Under the pieces are notes generated by a model. It searched no databases. It saw only the letters and a list, made by a program, of their open reading frames with translations, and was not told the origin of the DNA. From IMG/VR virus record IMGVR_UViG_3300009537_000025, positions 1-47,586 of that record: a stretch of 47,586 nucleotides of DNA. One strand, given 5' to 3'. Position 1 is the stretch's first letter, and the number at the start of each line of letters is the position of its first letter. Positions 1 through 9,469 of this stretch are shown here, in pieces. Made by a program: the position numbers and the translations under genes. Source of the stretch: a virus.

Positions 1-99
1 GATCACGTTTGGTTGGTTGCCTTGACAATTTTATTAATATCGACAATCAAAAGACTTAAGATTTATGAAAAGTAAAAATGCGCTGAAAGCAATTGACAT
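1..99. repeat. 99-bp terminal direct repeat, identical to 47488-47586 (assembly overlap of a circular or terminally redundant genome)
   Basis: Read directly: gatcacgtttggttggttgcc...gcaattgacat is present at both ends. ORF 47224-47562 and ORF 65-574 both run through the repeat. Confidence 0.95.
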
Positions 100-574
100 A
101 CTCCAGAACGGAGGATTTGAAATTGAGGTCGATGGGAAGAAAACAAAGTTCTTCCTAGAGCCTCATGTATCGCTTGAAAGATTTCGGGCTTTACAAAAAT
201 TACAGTTGGAAATGGCTTATGCTACCGACTTTAAAACAATGTACGAGAACCTGAAGGAGATTTATGGGTTGCTCAATCAGACAAAGTTTGCTGATTCTGC
301 GGTCATGATTCGAGATATGATAGAAGGTTTTCATCGCATTGATGATAAAAACAATTATCCGGCAATCCTGAGATATGCCGCTTTGATTTTGAATACGGAT
401 GAGGAGGATAGAAATGCTTATGACGAGGAGGCAATGACCAGAAAGATAAAGCTCTGGGGGGAGGCAGGAGTTCCTATTCAGCCTTTTTTTACGATTGTTC
501 TTCATTCGGTACGTGGCTTGATGGAGAACTACAAAGAAATTGGCCAAAATATTTCGAAGGAGGAACAGGAGTAA
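65..574 (+). CDS. tail assembly chaperone (gpG-like), assigned by position
   Basis: 169-aa ORF directly upstream of the tape measure gene. It carries a T7 slippery run near its 3' end and is followed by a start-less -1 frame ORF. Confidence 0.6.
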   Translation: MKSKNALKAIDILQNGGFEIEVDGKKTKFFLEPHVSLERFRALQKLQLEMAYATDFKTMYENLKEIYGLLNQTKFADSAVMIRDMIEGFHRIDDKNNYPAILRYAALILNTDEEDRNAYDEEAMTRKIKLWGEAGVPIQPFFTIVLHSVRGLMENYKEIGQNISKEEQE

Positions 575-801
575 AAAAGAAAATATCACTCCGAAAGGCT
601 CAGAAAGATTTGGACGACTATTGGGACGGATTGCTCTGGGGGATGACGGATGGTAAAACGAGTGACATCAAAGAGTTAGGAAGAACCGAGATTTTCAGGT
701 TCTTTGCGTTGTATAATGCGTGGGAGAAAGATATTGAGAGAAAGAAATCATACATGGAAAAACGCAGAGCCGAGTTACGTAGAAACTCAAAAAGACGCTG
801 A
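490..801 (+). CDS. gpT-like extension, reachable only by -1 frameshift from ORF 65-574 (fusion of about 245 aa)
   Basis: The -1 frame is open from 424 to 801 and has no ATG. T TTT TTT at 484-490 sits in X XXY YYZ phase of the upstream frame (cct ttt ttt acg = PFFT). Confidence 0.45.
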   Translation, partial: YDCSSFGTWLDGELQRNWPKYFEGGTGVKKKISLRKAQKDLDDYWDGLLWGMTDGKTSDIKELGRTEIFRFFALYNAWEKDIERKKSYMEKRRAELRRNSKRR

Positions 802-816
802 TTTAAATATTAGCAT

Positions 817-3800
817 ATGGCTGTAGAAATTGAATTAATAGGGGACTCGACACAATTGTTAAACTCACTCCGCCAGATCAACGAGGATCAGGAGGAGATA
901 AAGAAGTCCAACAATGACATTGAAAAATCATTCAAAGATACTTTCGACAAATCAGCAAATGAGGTCGATAAAACCAACCGTGCATTAAAAGATCAGGTCA
1001 AAACACAGGAAAAAGTTGAGCGCAATGTTGAAATGGTTCAAAAGGAGTTCACCGAATTAGAGCGAAAGAAAAAGAAAGCGTTCGATGATAAGGAGGTAAA
1101 GGATTTCAATAAAGAACTCGACAAAACCGGAGATAAGGTTGACGACATTGGGGATGCCGAAGAAAAGGTTGGCGGATTGTTTGGCGGATTGAGTGAAGGT
1201 TTAGATGATGTCAAGGACGGATTTGCAAATATAGGAAGTGAGATTGTTGGAAGTGGCGGTGGAGGAGGTATTGTTGGCGGATTGGGTCAGGTTTTATCAA
1301 GACTTGGTCCGGTTGGGATTGCCGTTGCAGGGATAGTTGCTTCTATTTTTGCTATTGGTGCGGCAGTTGTTAGTGTTGACCAAAAATTCGACACACTAAG
1401 AGGGACGATTAATCAACTCACAGGAGAAACAGGTGATGGACTTGATAGTATTGCTATAAGTTTGGCGGCGATCGAGGACACATTTGGTATTGAGACAACA
1501 GAATCTCTCCAAGCAGTTAATGTATTAATGAAAGAGTTTGGTATCTCGGCACAGGAGGCAACCGGGTTACTCGAAAAAGGATTGTTATCAAACGCTAATA
1601 TTCAGGGCGACCTTATTGATAGTGTCAGAGAATATTCGACACAAGTTAGAGCCGCAGGAGGGGATGCTGATGATCTATTCACAATATTACAATCTTCAGG
1701 AACTGAGGGTGTTTTCTCAGATAAAGGTATCGATGCGGTGAAAGAGTTTGGACTCCGGATCCGTGAACAAGCTGATGCAACCACAGCCGCACTTGAAACT
1801 GCATTCGGGAAAGAGTTTGCCGATAGAATTTCACAAGGAATAAGCGACGGTTCGCTTACATCTATCGAGGCGTTGCAATTGGTATCAGCTGAACTTGGAA
1901 CTTTGGACGAAAGCTCAAAGGAGGCTCAGGCAGTTATTGCGGATGTGTTTGGTGGTGCCGGTGAAGATGCCGGATTCAGGTTTTTAACTACTCTGAAGGA
2001 TATCAACTCTGAACAAGGATTCACGATTGATGGAGCGAACGAATTAACCGAGGCTCAACAAAAGAATCTCGATGCGAATAAAAGATTGGCTGAGGTTCAG
2101 AATGAGTTATCAAAATCAATTGGGGATTCTTCTGCGGTTGGTCGTGTATGGACTGAGATTCAGATTGGATTCTTTGAGGTTATTGTAAATGTTGTTGAAT
2201 TTGTCAATAAATTGATTGAGGGGTTTGAATTACTTGCCACGGATCCAATTGAAGGATTGAAAGTATTGGGTGCGGCAATATTTGACTTATTGATCGCTCC
2301 TTTGAACCTTGCTATAGATGCTTTGAACTTCATTCCTAGTCTATTCGGCTTTGATGATGTAATACCACAAATAGGTTCAATAAGTGATGCGACAAAAGAA
2401 TGGAACAATCAGGAATTGATTCGTATCGATATTGGACAGAAGGCTATTGAGGTTATTCGTCAATATGATGCTGAAGCGAAAAGACGTATCGGTTTAATGC
2501 GTGATGAGTTTGATGTTCTTGAAAGCACAACAAAAAGTGAAGAAGAAAAACGTGCGGCAATTGAACGATTGAATGAAACTTATCCGGAACTTCTCGAAAA
2601 CATTGATCTCGAAAACGCATCGAGCGAGGAATTGGTTACGATTAAGAACAATCTAACCCGTGCAATCCTGGAGGAGGATATAGCCAGAAAGAAAAAGATA
2701 GCCACTCAACAGCTTGATCTCGAGATTCAAAAAAGAGAACGACAATTACAAGCGGCAACAACGGATGCTGAGAGAAAGCGTATCGAGGACGAGATTCTAT
2801 TTCTTCAGACCAAAGGAAAGGAACGATTGGATCAGGTTGAGAACGAGGTAAAACTTCAACTCGGACTTATTGAGCGAGGAGGGGATGAAATTGCAGATCA
2901 AGAAGAGGAGAACCAGAATAAAAGAACCTCAGCCGCTAAAGATGGTGCGGATGAAAGAAAGAAAATAGAAGATGATTTTCAGAAATCAGTAGAAGAACTA
3001 CTCAAAAGAGGTCAGAACGCCTTTTTAAATGACCAGACTGTTTCTGAGCAGGAGAGATTATTGAGACAACGAGATTTTCAACTTGAAGAACTCAATCAGC
3101 TTTTCGATCATATAAAAGAACTCAACGAAACATTGAACGATGGTAAAGAGTTGGATATTGGTATTATCGAGGCTTTCAATGCTGAACAGGAGCGAATTGT
3201 TCTGGAGTTCAACGATAAGATACGTGAGATTGAGAGAGCCGAAAATGAGAAGCGTAGACAGGAGGCAATTGCCAACCGTCAGGCTTTATTGGACATAGAT
3301 CAGGAAGCGTTTCAGATCAGATCAGACTTCCTTCAGGCTCAACTCGACGAGGAACTTGCTTTGATCGAGCAATCACAACGACGAGAAGGTGAAAGCGAAA
3401 GACAATTTGAGATCAGGAAACAACAAGATATCCTCGATGCTCAACAATTCTATGCCGATAGAAGAATTGAACTGATCCAACAAGAGCAACAATTGAAACT
3501 GGATGCGATTGATCAGGAGTTGTTGGCCATTGCCGATAAAGAGGGAATCGAGTACGAATTGAAGCGTCAAAATCTTGAAGATAAAAAGAAACTCATCGAG
3601 CAGGAAACGCAAACCCAACTTGAACAATTTAATCTTCAAAAACAAGGATTCCAACAGCAACTCGACGAACTTTCAGGAGCAGATACTCGAACACTTGGAG
3701 ATTTCTTTGCCGGGATCCAGGATCAATTGCAGGAGGCTTTCAATCTTGATTCTGCACAACTAAAAGCAATAGGTGATGCAGTTTCTCAGGTTGGAAAACA

Positions 3801-4665
3801 GATATTTGACACTATTAAGAATTCTTTGTCTGAACAATTATCGGCTCAGGATGAACTCCTTGATAAGTTGGGAGAAAGGGTGGATGAAGCTGAAGCAAGT
3901 CTTGACAGAGAGATAGAACTGAACAAACAAGGATTCGCTTCTAATGTTGAACTGAAGCGACAGGAACTTGATGCGATTAAATTTCAGGAGCAAAAGGCCG
4001 CCGCAGAACGTGCGGAATTGGTAAAGAAACAACAAAGGCTTGAAACGATAGAACAGACAGCTTCCTTGATAACGGCATCTGCTAACATATTCAAATCTTT
4101 ATCAGTATTACCTTTCGGAGTTGGTATTCCAATTGCCGCCGGACTTATAGGAACGATGTTCGCATTGTTTATTGCTCAGAAAAGAAAAGCCGCCGATATC
4201 ACCAAATTAGCCGAGGGTGGTTCTGGTGATGATCGAGGAGTAATATCCGGACGTCGTCATAAAGATGGAGGTGAGCGTTTTCTTGATCATGTTGAGGTTG
4301 AAGGAGGTGAATCCTGGGGAGTACTCAGTAGAAATGCAACGAGAAAATTCCAAGGACAATTTCACGATTTTGTCAAATATGCGAATCAGGACAACATGGA
4401 TGCGTTCAATAGAATTTATCTAAAGAAGGACGTCCCTAAAATGATCCTGAAAAAGAAACAAGTTGCTGAGACTATCCAAATGGAAATAAATACTTCTATT
4501 TTAGCAGACGAGATCGGAGGCGACCTGAAAAAATTGCACTCCATTGATGAAACGCTGAAAAAGACATACAAAAAGCCGGACATCCAGACTTACGAGAAAG
4601 GTGGCAAGATTTACAGAATTGAAACATATCCGAATGGATCCAAGAAAACAATAATCACGGAGTAA
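817..4665 (+). CDS. tail tape measure protein
   Basis: Largest ORF (1282 aa). It has long K/E/Q-rich coiled-coil stretches, a Gly run and hydrophobic segments (GPVGIAVAGIVASIFAIGAAVV; LPFGVGIPIAAGLIGTMFALFIA). It follows the chaperone pair. Confidence 0.85.
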   Translation: MAVEIELIGDSTQLLNSLRQINEDQEEIKKSNNDIEKSFKDTFDKSANEVDKTNRALKDQVKTQEKVERNVEMVQKEFTELERKKKKAFDDKEVKDFNKELDKTGDKVDDIGDAEEKVGGLFGGLSEGLDDVKDGFANIGSEIVGSGGGGGIVGGLGQVLSRLGPVGIAVAGIVASIFAIGAAVVSVDQKFDTLRGTINQLTGETGDGLDSIAISLAAIEDTFGIETTESLQAVNVLMKEFGISAQEATGLLEKGLLSNANIQGDLIDSVREYSTQVRAAGGDADDLFTILQSSGTEGVFSDKGIDAVKEFGLRIREQADATTAALETAFGKEFADRISQGISDGSLTSIEALQLVSAELGTLDESSKEAQAVIADVFGGAGEDAGFRFLTTLKDINSEQGFTIDGANELTEAQQKNLDANKRLAEVQNELSKSIGDSSAVGRVWTEIQIGFFEVIVNVVEFVNKLIEGFELLATDPIEGLKVLGAAIFDLLIAPLNLAIDALNFIPSLFGFDDVIPQIGSISDATKEWNNQELIRIDIGQKAIEVIRQYDAEAKRRIGLMRDEFDVLESTTKSEEEKRAAIERLNETYPELLENIDLENASSEELVTIKNNLTRAILEEDIARKKKIATQQLDLEIQKRERQLQAATTDAERKRIEDEILFLQTKGKERLDQVENEVKLQLGLIERGGDEIADQEEENQNKRTSAAKDGADERKKIEDDFQKSVEELLKRGQNAFLNDQTVSEQERLLRQRDFQLEELNQLFDHIKELNETLNDGKELDIGIIEAFNAEQERIVLEFNDKIREIERAENEKRRQEAIANRQALLDIDQEAFQIRSDFLQAQLDEELALIEQSQRREGESERQFEIRKQQDILDAQQFYADRRIELIQQEQQLKLDAIDQELLAIADKEGIEYELKRQNLEDKKKLIEQETQTQLEQFNLQKQGFQQQLDELSGADTRTLGDFFAGIQDQLQEAFNLDSAQLKAIGDAVSQVGKQIFDTIKNSLSEQLSAQDELLDKLGERVDEAEASLDREIELNKQGFASNVELKRQELDAIKFQEQKAAAERAELVKKQQRLETIEQTASLITASANIFKSLSVLPFGVGIPIAAGLIGTMFALFIAQKRKAADITKLAEGGSGDDRGVISGRRHKDGGERFLDHVEVEGGESWGVLSRNATRKFQGQFHDFVKYANQDNMDAFNRIYLKKDVPKMILKKKQVAETIQMEINTSILADEIGGDLKKLHSIDETLKKTYKKPDIQTYEKGGKIYRIETYPNGSKKTIITE

Positions 4666-6500
4666 TGTCCAAGTACAAATTTAAAATACAATACGGTCCG
4701 GACCAGATATTTGTCAATCCATTTGGCGATGTAACTCTCACATGGGAACAACAAGAAGGAACGAATTACTTCCGAAAGAAGCTCAGTTCCTTTACTCTGA
4801 ACATTAAAGAGCAGTATCAATTTATAAAGGATGTTGAGGAGGATGGAGATTTGTGTACAGATTTTCGTGTTATCGTAACGTCAAGATGTGATACAGAGAC
4901 AATAGTTGAATTCAACGGAACGTTCACGATCTCGGATTGTGAGTTTGATGATCATCTTTGCCAGGTCGAAATTGATCCACAACCGGATGATCCTTTTTCG
5001 TGTTTAAAAGCAAATGAGAGCAGAATTGTAAATCTGTTGGCAATAACTGATGAACAAACTGTGGATGCTGATGTACAGGATAATGTTTTCGTTTATAACG
5101 CTCCAGGCACCGAAACTGTTTTGAGAGTTCCGAACGGTGATCCTGCTCCGGATGTATCAGTACTCGCTCCTTATGTTGGTGATCCGGCTGAATTAGATTT
5201 GATAAAAATTCAGAAATTGGATCCGGATATTGGTTTGACTTATGATCATTATGTTGCGTGGGCTTATAGAAGATCAGTTCCTAAAGTTGGCTCAGGATGT
5301 CAACCAACATTATCAAGCGGATACGAGTTGATTGCTTCAAATGCCACTCATTGTTTTTATCAGAAATTACCTTCTTCAGTCGATTTTCTTGATATAGATA
5401 GGGCTAGTTGTGGCTCAGAGTTTCCAACTCCACCACCTCCGGGATGGAAACCTCCTTGGTCAGTTGATATTTGGAGTGGTGTTTGGCTCGATGAGGATCC
5501 GATTGATGGTATTTGTGTTTGGTATAGACCATTTCAGGGAACATACGACAGAGCGAGAAGATTGGATGATTGTTTGGATGCTTTTCTTTCTGATTGTGAT
5601 ATAACGGTGAAATCTGACTTCTTTCAGATCAATCCAGAGAATGTATCCGGAACGAATTATGTAACAGGAATGATATCAAGAACTGCAAACATACACTTCC
5701 TTCAGAAGTCAGATGCAATATATTTTGATTCTACCGAACCTGCAACAAACGGTAAAACGACATGGAAGGATTTCTGGGATGGGCTTTCAAAAATATTCAA
5801 CCTCGGATACACAATCGAGGACAATACGATAGTAATTGAACACATTAGCTTTTTCGACAATATTGTGTCTGTTCTTGATCTTACGCAGGATCCATACGAA
5901 AAATATATTACAGGCCAGAAGAAATACGCATATAAAAAAGAAACGCTCCCGTTCATCGAGACAATTCAACAGTCGGATTGGATAAATGAGGACTTTGAAC
6001 CAAGCCAGATCATATATGAGGGATCGAACGGAAAGAAACTCGGATGCGTTGGAGATAAGGAGGAAAATATTGCGTGGGGGATATTCACAACCGATTTGCA
6101 ATACTATCAGGAGGTTCCGGAAGGAGTTGGTTTAGATGGATGGGTTGTTCTATGTTGTGCAGTTCCGACAATGGCTACTCCTATTCCTTATGTATTTAAT
6201 GAGGTCGGGTTGAAGTCTGGGTTCAATCAGATCAATGGACATATAGCAGTAACAAATGCGGTAAATCATTATTACCTTCACGGGAGATATGCTGAGACAG
6301 GAAAGATAGATGGTGTGCAGACAGATTTTGAAACGAACATCAAAAAGAAAGAAGCGGATCCGATTGATGTTGTAATATGTTGTGAAGATCATGAATTTGA
6401 TCCTAACGAATCGATAAAAACACACCTTGGAGTTGGTAGTGTTACTGAGGCAACAAAAAACCTCAAAACAGGAAGTTTTAACTTGAAAATTGAATACTAA
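4665..6500 (+). CDS. tail tip / distal tail protein (positional)
   Basis: 611-aa ORF whose start overlaps the tape measure stop (ATG at TAATG). No motif recognised. Confidence 0.5.
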   Translation: MSKYKFKIQYGPDQIFVNPFGDVTLTWEQQEGTNYFRKKLSSFTLNIKEQYQFIKDVEEDGDLCTDFRVIVTSRCDTETIVEFNGTFTISDCEFDDHLCQVEIDPQPDDPFSCLKANESRIVNLLAITDEQTVDADVQDNVFVYNAPGTETVLRVPNGDPAPDVSVLAPYVGDPAELDLIKIQKLDPDIGLTYDHYVAWAYRRSVPKVGSGCQPTLSSGYELIASNATHCFYQKLPSSVDFLDIDRASCGSEFPTPPPPGWKPPWSVDIWSGVWLDEDPIDGICVWYRPFQGTYDRARRLDDCLDAFLSDCDITVKSDFFQINPENVSGTNYVTGMISRTANIHFLQKSDAIYFDSTEPATNGKTTWKDFWDGLSKIFNLGYTIEDNTIVIEHISFFDNIVSVLDLTQDPYEKYITGQKKYAYKKETLPFIETIQQSDWINEDFEPSQIIYEGSNGKKLGCVGDKEENIAWGIFTTDLQYYQEVPEGVGLDGWVVLCCAVPTMATPIPYVFNEVGLKSGFNQINGHIAVTNAVNHYYLHGRYAETGKIDGVQTDFETNIKKKEADPIDVVICCEDHEFDPNESIKTHLGVGSVTEATKNLKTGSFNLKIEY

Positions 6501-7993
6501 TGGATTTTGATAATCAATACGTAAGAAGATATCGGCAACACATTCCGTTTTACAAATCGGCGTTCCCTTTAGAAGATAGAAGAGTTTATTGGCACCATAG
6601 ACGTGCATTGTGTGATCAGGAATGCGTGTTCGGAATTCCTGTTGTTCAAGGTCAATTCCTAATGTTTGTTATTGAGGATAATGATTCAACTGGGATCGAT
6701 ATGGTATTTCACGGTGGATCCCAGAATTCAAGGATTGAGTTTTGTTGTATTGATCAAACTGATATTTCTGATTGTGATGATCTAACTTGGGAAAATATTC
6801 CACAAGAAACCCTTTCAACACATAAGAATTGTGTAATAGATGGGGAGTTGTTTCAGTTTCACTATATCAGAATGAAACTTCCGGACGATGCTCCTTGTGG
6901 ATTGAGATATTTCAAGTTTATCGCATACGAAGGAACATCTAATGAGCGAATATTTTACTCTGAGCCTGTTTATGTGTATGAGGATTCTAAAAGATTGTAT
7001 AAACTTAACATTAACGATCCGTGTGGAGTTGGTGGTGTAAATTGGGTTGATGTTTGGCAGGGTTGGCCTCTCAATGATGGATATGAGGTTTATCTTCCTC
7101 CGCTTACTGAGGTTGCGTTTGTTGATGAGGTTACAGAAAGCACAACAGTTGATAATGGGGACGGTGATCAGAAGCAAGTATTCGCCTCTGTTTCGTGGAG
7201 ATACCAATTCGATACTGAATTTATCCCGGAGCATTATGCTGAGATCATAAAAGAGATCACAAACACTCAGAACAATTCGATCACGTTTCCAGATAGACAG
7301 CAAGATCATTATGTAAAGATTGCGGATGCGGAAAGTGCAATATCAAGCGACGAGGACGGATGTTTCGTTCAGGTAAATATGCAATTTGAGATAAAGAGAT
7401 ATGTGGACAGGGTTTGTTGTAATGAAGCTCCTTGTCAATGTCCGCAGGATGATGCTATGACTGTCATATCTTATACCACGGACGAGTTGGATGCGGAATT
7501 GGTGTTTGGAAATACTTATATTGTTCCGGATGGAGCGGCCGGACCAAACAATCCTGCGTGGTCAGCACATCAAAATGAGATTGCCATATGGAACGGATCA
7601 GGTTGGGATTTCTCTACTTCCCCTGTCAGAACCATTGCATATGTTGAGGACGAGGAGAACTATTACATATCAATAGGCGGAGGCGGCACTTGGAGTGATA
7701 ATTTAATGATAATCACAAATGCAACTTACAATGGAGCCGGGACTTGTACCTGGACTGTTGAAGGTGTTATCCCGAACTTAACGTGGGGTAAATTACAATG
7801 GAGTGTAAGTGGTTCAGGAGTTTGGAATGATGCGGACGGTGTTTATGAAGATGCAGATGCTTGGGCTTCTGGAGTTGAGGTTTATTTACCTGCGATAAAC
7901 AATTACGATCTTCGAATTGTTCCTCTTGATATTGGTTGCGACCTTGTAAACAGTGAGGAATACGGCATATCTCAGACTGAGTCCTGTATTTAG
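6500..7993 (+). CDS. tail tip / baseplate-associated protein (positional)
   Basis: 497-aa ORF whose start overlaps the stop of the previous gene. No motif recognised. Confidence 0.45.
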   Translation: MDFDNQYVRRYRQHIPFYKSAFPLEDRRVYWHHRRALCDQECVFGIPVVQGQFLMFVIEDNDSTGIDMVFHGGSQNSRIEFCCIDQTDISDCDDLTWENIPQETLSTHKNCVIDGELFQFHYIRMKLPDDAPCGLRYFKFIAYEGTSNERIFYSEPVYVYEDSKRLYKLNINDPCGVGGVNWVDVWQGWPLNDGYEVYLPPLTEVAFVDEVTESTTVDNGDGDQKQVFASVSWRYQFDTEFIPEHYAEIIKEITNTQNNSITFPDRQQDHYVKIADAESAISSDEDGCFVQVNMQFEIKRYVDRVCCNEAPCQCPQDDAMTVISYTTDELDAELVFGNTYIVPDGAAGPNNPAWSAHQNEIAIWNGSGWDFSTSPVRTIAYVEDEENYYISIGGGGTWSDNLMIITNATYNGAGTCTWTVEGVIPNLTWGKLQWSVSGSGVWNDADGVYEDADAWASGVEVYLPAINNYDLRIVPLDIGCDLVNSEEYGISQTESCI

Positions 7994-8029
7994 TGTCAAA
8001 TTGCTATTTTTAAATCGATAGTGCGTTCA

Positions 8030-8037
8030 TATCTTTG
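8030..8037 (+). promoter_or_regulatory. Bacteroidota-type -7 box TAtcTTTG
   Basis: Exact match to TAnnTTTG in the 7994-8061 spacer. It overlaps the TTG start proposed by the ORF track at 8035. Confidence 0.4.
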
Positions 8038-8061
8038 GTTCTGAAATCAAAAATTACAGAG

Positions 8062-8649
8062 ATGTTGAACTTATTTTTAAATGCACTTGAAATGATTCAA
8101 AGAAGTCCGGTACCAACGTGTCCGACTGATTGTGATTCTGTTCTACCAGATGTGGAATTTGACGAGTGTAATCCAGAAACCAATGATGGACAGATTTACA
8201 AATTGTATATTACAAATCTTGGAAATCCGTTTGTTGATGTTACTAACCTTGCTGAGTGGAATTCTCGTTTGGCTCAAACAGGAGGTGCGGCTGATTCTAT
8301 CAGAACACTTCATGTAATAGGGTCAAAACCTGTTCCAACTTCAGAGGAGAAAGAAATCTCTTTAGGTCGTAAGATCAATTCAAAGAAAACTCACATCGTT
8401 AATTTCTCAATTGACGAGACAAACCAAACTAACCACGATATGTTGAGACAAATGGAGTGTGGTGCCAACTTTTTGTTCTGGTATGAAACTTCAGGAGGAT
8501 TACTATTCGGTGGTAATGATGGTATTGAGGGGTCTTTCATACTTGACATGGAAATCCCTGAATCAGAGACTGAGTTTTTGGTATATACTGGAAAGGCTGA
8601 ATGGAAAGCCAAGTTTACTGAAGAAAGAACGCTGTCTCCATTGGCCTAA
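8062..8649 (+). CDS. virion-associated hypothetical protein (start moved to ATG 8062)
   Basis: ORF 8035-8649 in the track. The -7 box at 8030-8037 makes the TTG start at 8035 unlikely. ATG 8062 gives MLNLFLNALEM... Confidence 0.6.
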   Translation: MLNLFLNALEMIQRSPVPTCPTDCDSVLPDVEFDECNPETNDGQIYKLYITNLGNPFVDVTNLAEWNSRLAQTGGAADSIRTLHVIGSKPVPTSEEKEISLGRKINSKKTHIVNFSIDETNQTNHDMLRQMECGANFLFWYETSGGLLFGGNDGIEGSFILDMEIPESETEFLVYTGKAEWKAKFTEERTLSPLA

Positions 8650-8674
8650 TTTACTAACCTTAAAAATTTAGGTC

Positions 8675-9025
8675 ATGGCAGAATTAGATTGCGGAAATAA
8701 TAACCTTAGCCCAGAATTATACCTTAGAGGTACATTAGGTTTGGATGGAAACGGGAATTGTGCATTTCGCATAGTTCCGGTTCTCGATGCAAACTTACCT
8801 CTTCAAAGTTGTTCACTTAACAATCTATCAGCATTGGAATTATTGAAGATGTTGATTGAAGTTGATGGAAATGGCAACCTTGGGATCCGTGTGATCGAGG
8901 GAGTTGATTCAGGCAACCAATGTATTGACTGTGGTAATACTTATAATTCATTCGAGGAATTGATCGCGAATGCAGTTATTGGTTTAGCTACGGACGGAAG
9001 ACCAGCGTTAAGGTTGATATCTTAA
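8675..9025 (+). CDS. hypothetical protein with an internal DGNGN...R(I/V) repeat
   Basis: 116-aa ORF. LDGNGNCAFRIVPVLD and VDGNGNLGIRVIEGVD repeat within it. Confidence 0.65.
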   Translation: MAELDCGNNNLSPELYLRGTLGLDGNGNCAFRIVPVLDANLPLQSCSLNNLSALELLKMLIEVDGNGNLGIRVIEGVDSGNQCIDCGNTYNSFEELIANAVIGLATDGRPALRLIS

Positions 9026-9044
9026 CTCTTTTGATGTCGATATG

Positions 9045-9069
9045 AAAAGGAGGTTTCGGCCTCCTTTTT
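9045..9069 (+). terminator. rho-independent terminator
   Basis: aaaaGGAGGtttcggCCTCCttttt: a 5-bp GC stem extended by A/T pairs, followed by a T run. Confidence 0.7.
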
Positions 9070-9084
9070 ACTAAAACTAATAAG

Positions 9085-9468
9085 ATGGCAGAAGGCGATA
9101 AATATTTTACTTGCGACAGACCAGTACCAGGAGATTGGAGTGATTTCTTTGCTGAATTAATTATTGAGGATGCATTGGGGAACCCTTGCCTTAAAACCTG
9201 CGGTGACGGTGGAGGTGGAGGCGGAGGTGTTCAGGGCATTCCTTCTTTAACCGATGCAAAGAATACATCTGGAACTTTATCTAACTACAAATCGGTTACA
9301 TTTGCTTTTACAGATCAGGTTGAGATCGATGGAGTAATGGTACAACCAGATTTTAGTCCTATTACATTTTCAGACGATAACGGCCTTGCTGATATCAATT
9401 TTGATGCTACTCAGGCGACAACCGGAGTGGTAGGAGGTTCTGAATTAATCATTGCTTTAATCGAATAA
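9085..9468 (+). CDS. hypothetical tail-region protein with a Gly run
   Basis: 127-aa ORF containing GDGGGGGGGVQG. Confidence 0.65.
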   Translation: MAEGDKYFTCDRPVPGDWSDFFAELIIEDALGNPCLKTCGDGGGGGGGVQGIPSLTDAKNTSGTLSNYKSVTFAFTDQVEIDGVMVQPDFSPITFSDDNGLADINFDATQATTGVVGGSELIIALIE

Positions 9469-9469
9469 T

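Noticed and set aside
455-460. G6 run as the chaperone frameshift site
   Set aside because: It is not in X XXY YYZ phase (tgg ggg gag). The in-phase T7 heptamer at 484-490 is a better candidate. It is kept only as an alternative.
200-589. 129-aa minus-strand ORF antisense to the chaperone gene
   Set aside because: It lies entirely within a + strand gene in a genome where all supported genes are on the + strand. The sequence is Leu/Ile/Ser/Phe-rich, as expected for a shadow ORF, and it carries no motif.
6150-7309. Minus-strand ORFs 6150-6608 (152 aa) and 6815-7309 (164 aa)
   Set aside because: They are antisense shadows inside the tail genes 4665-6500 and 6500-7993. They have no flanking signals and a low-complexity, hydrophobic composition.
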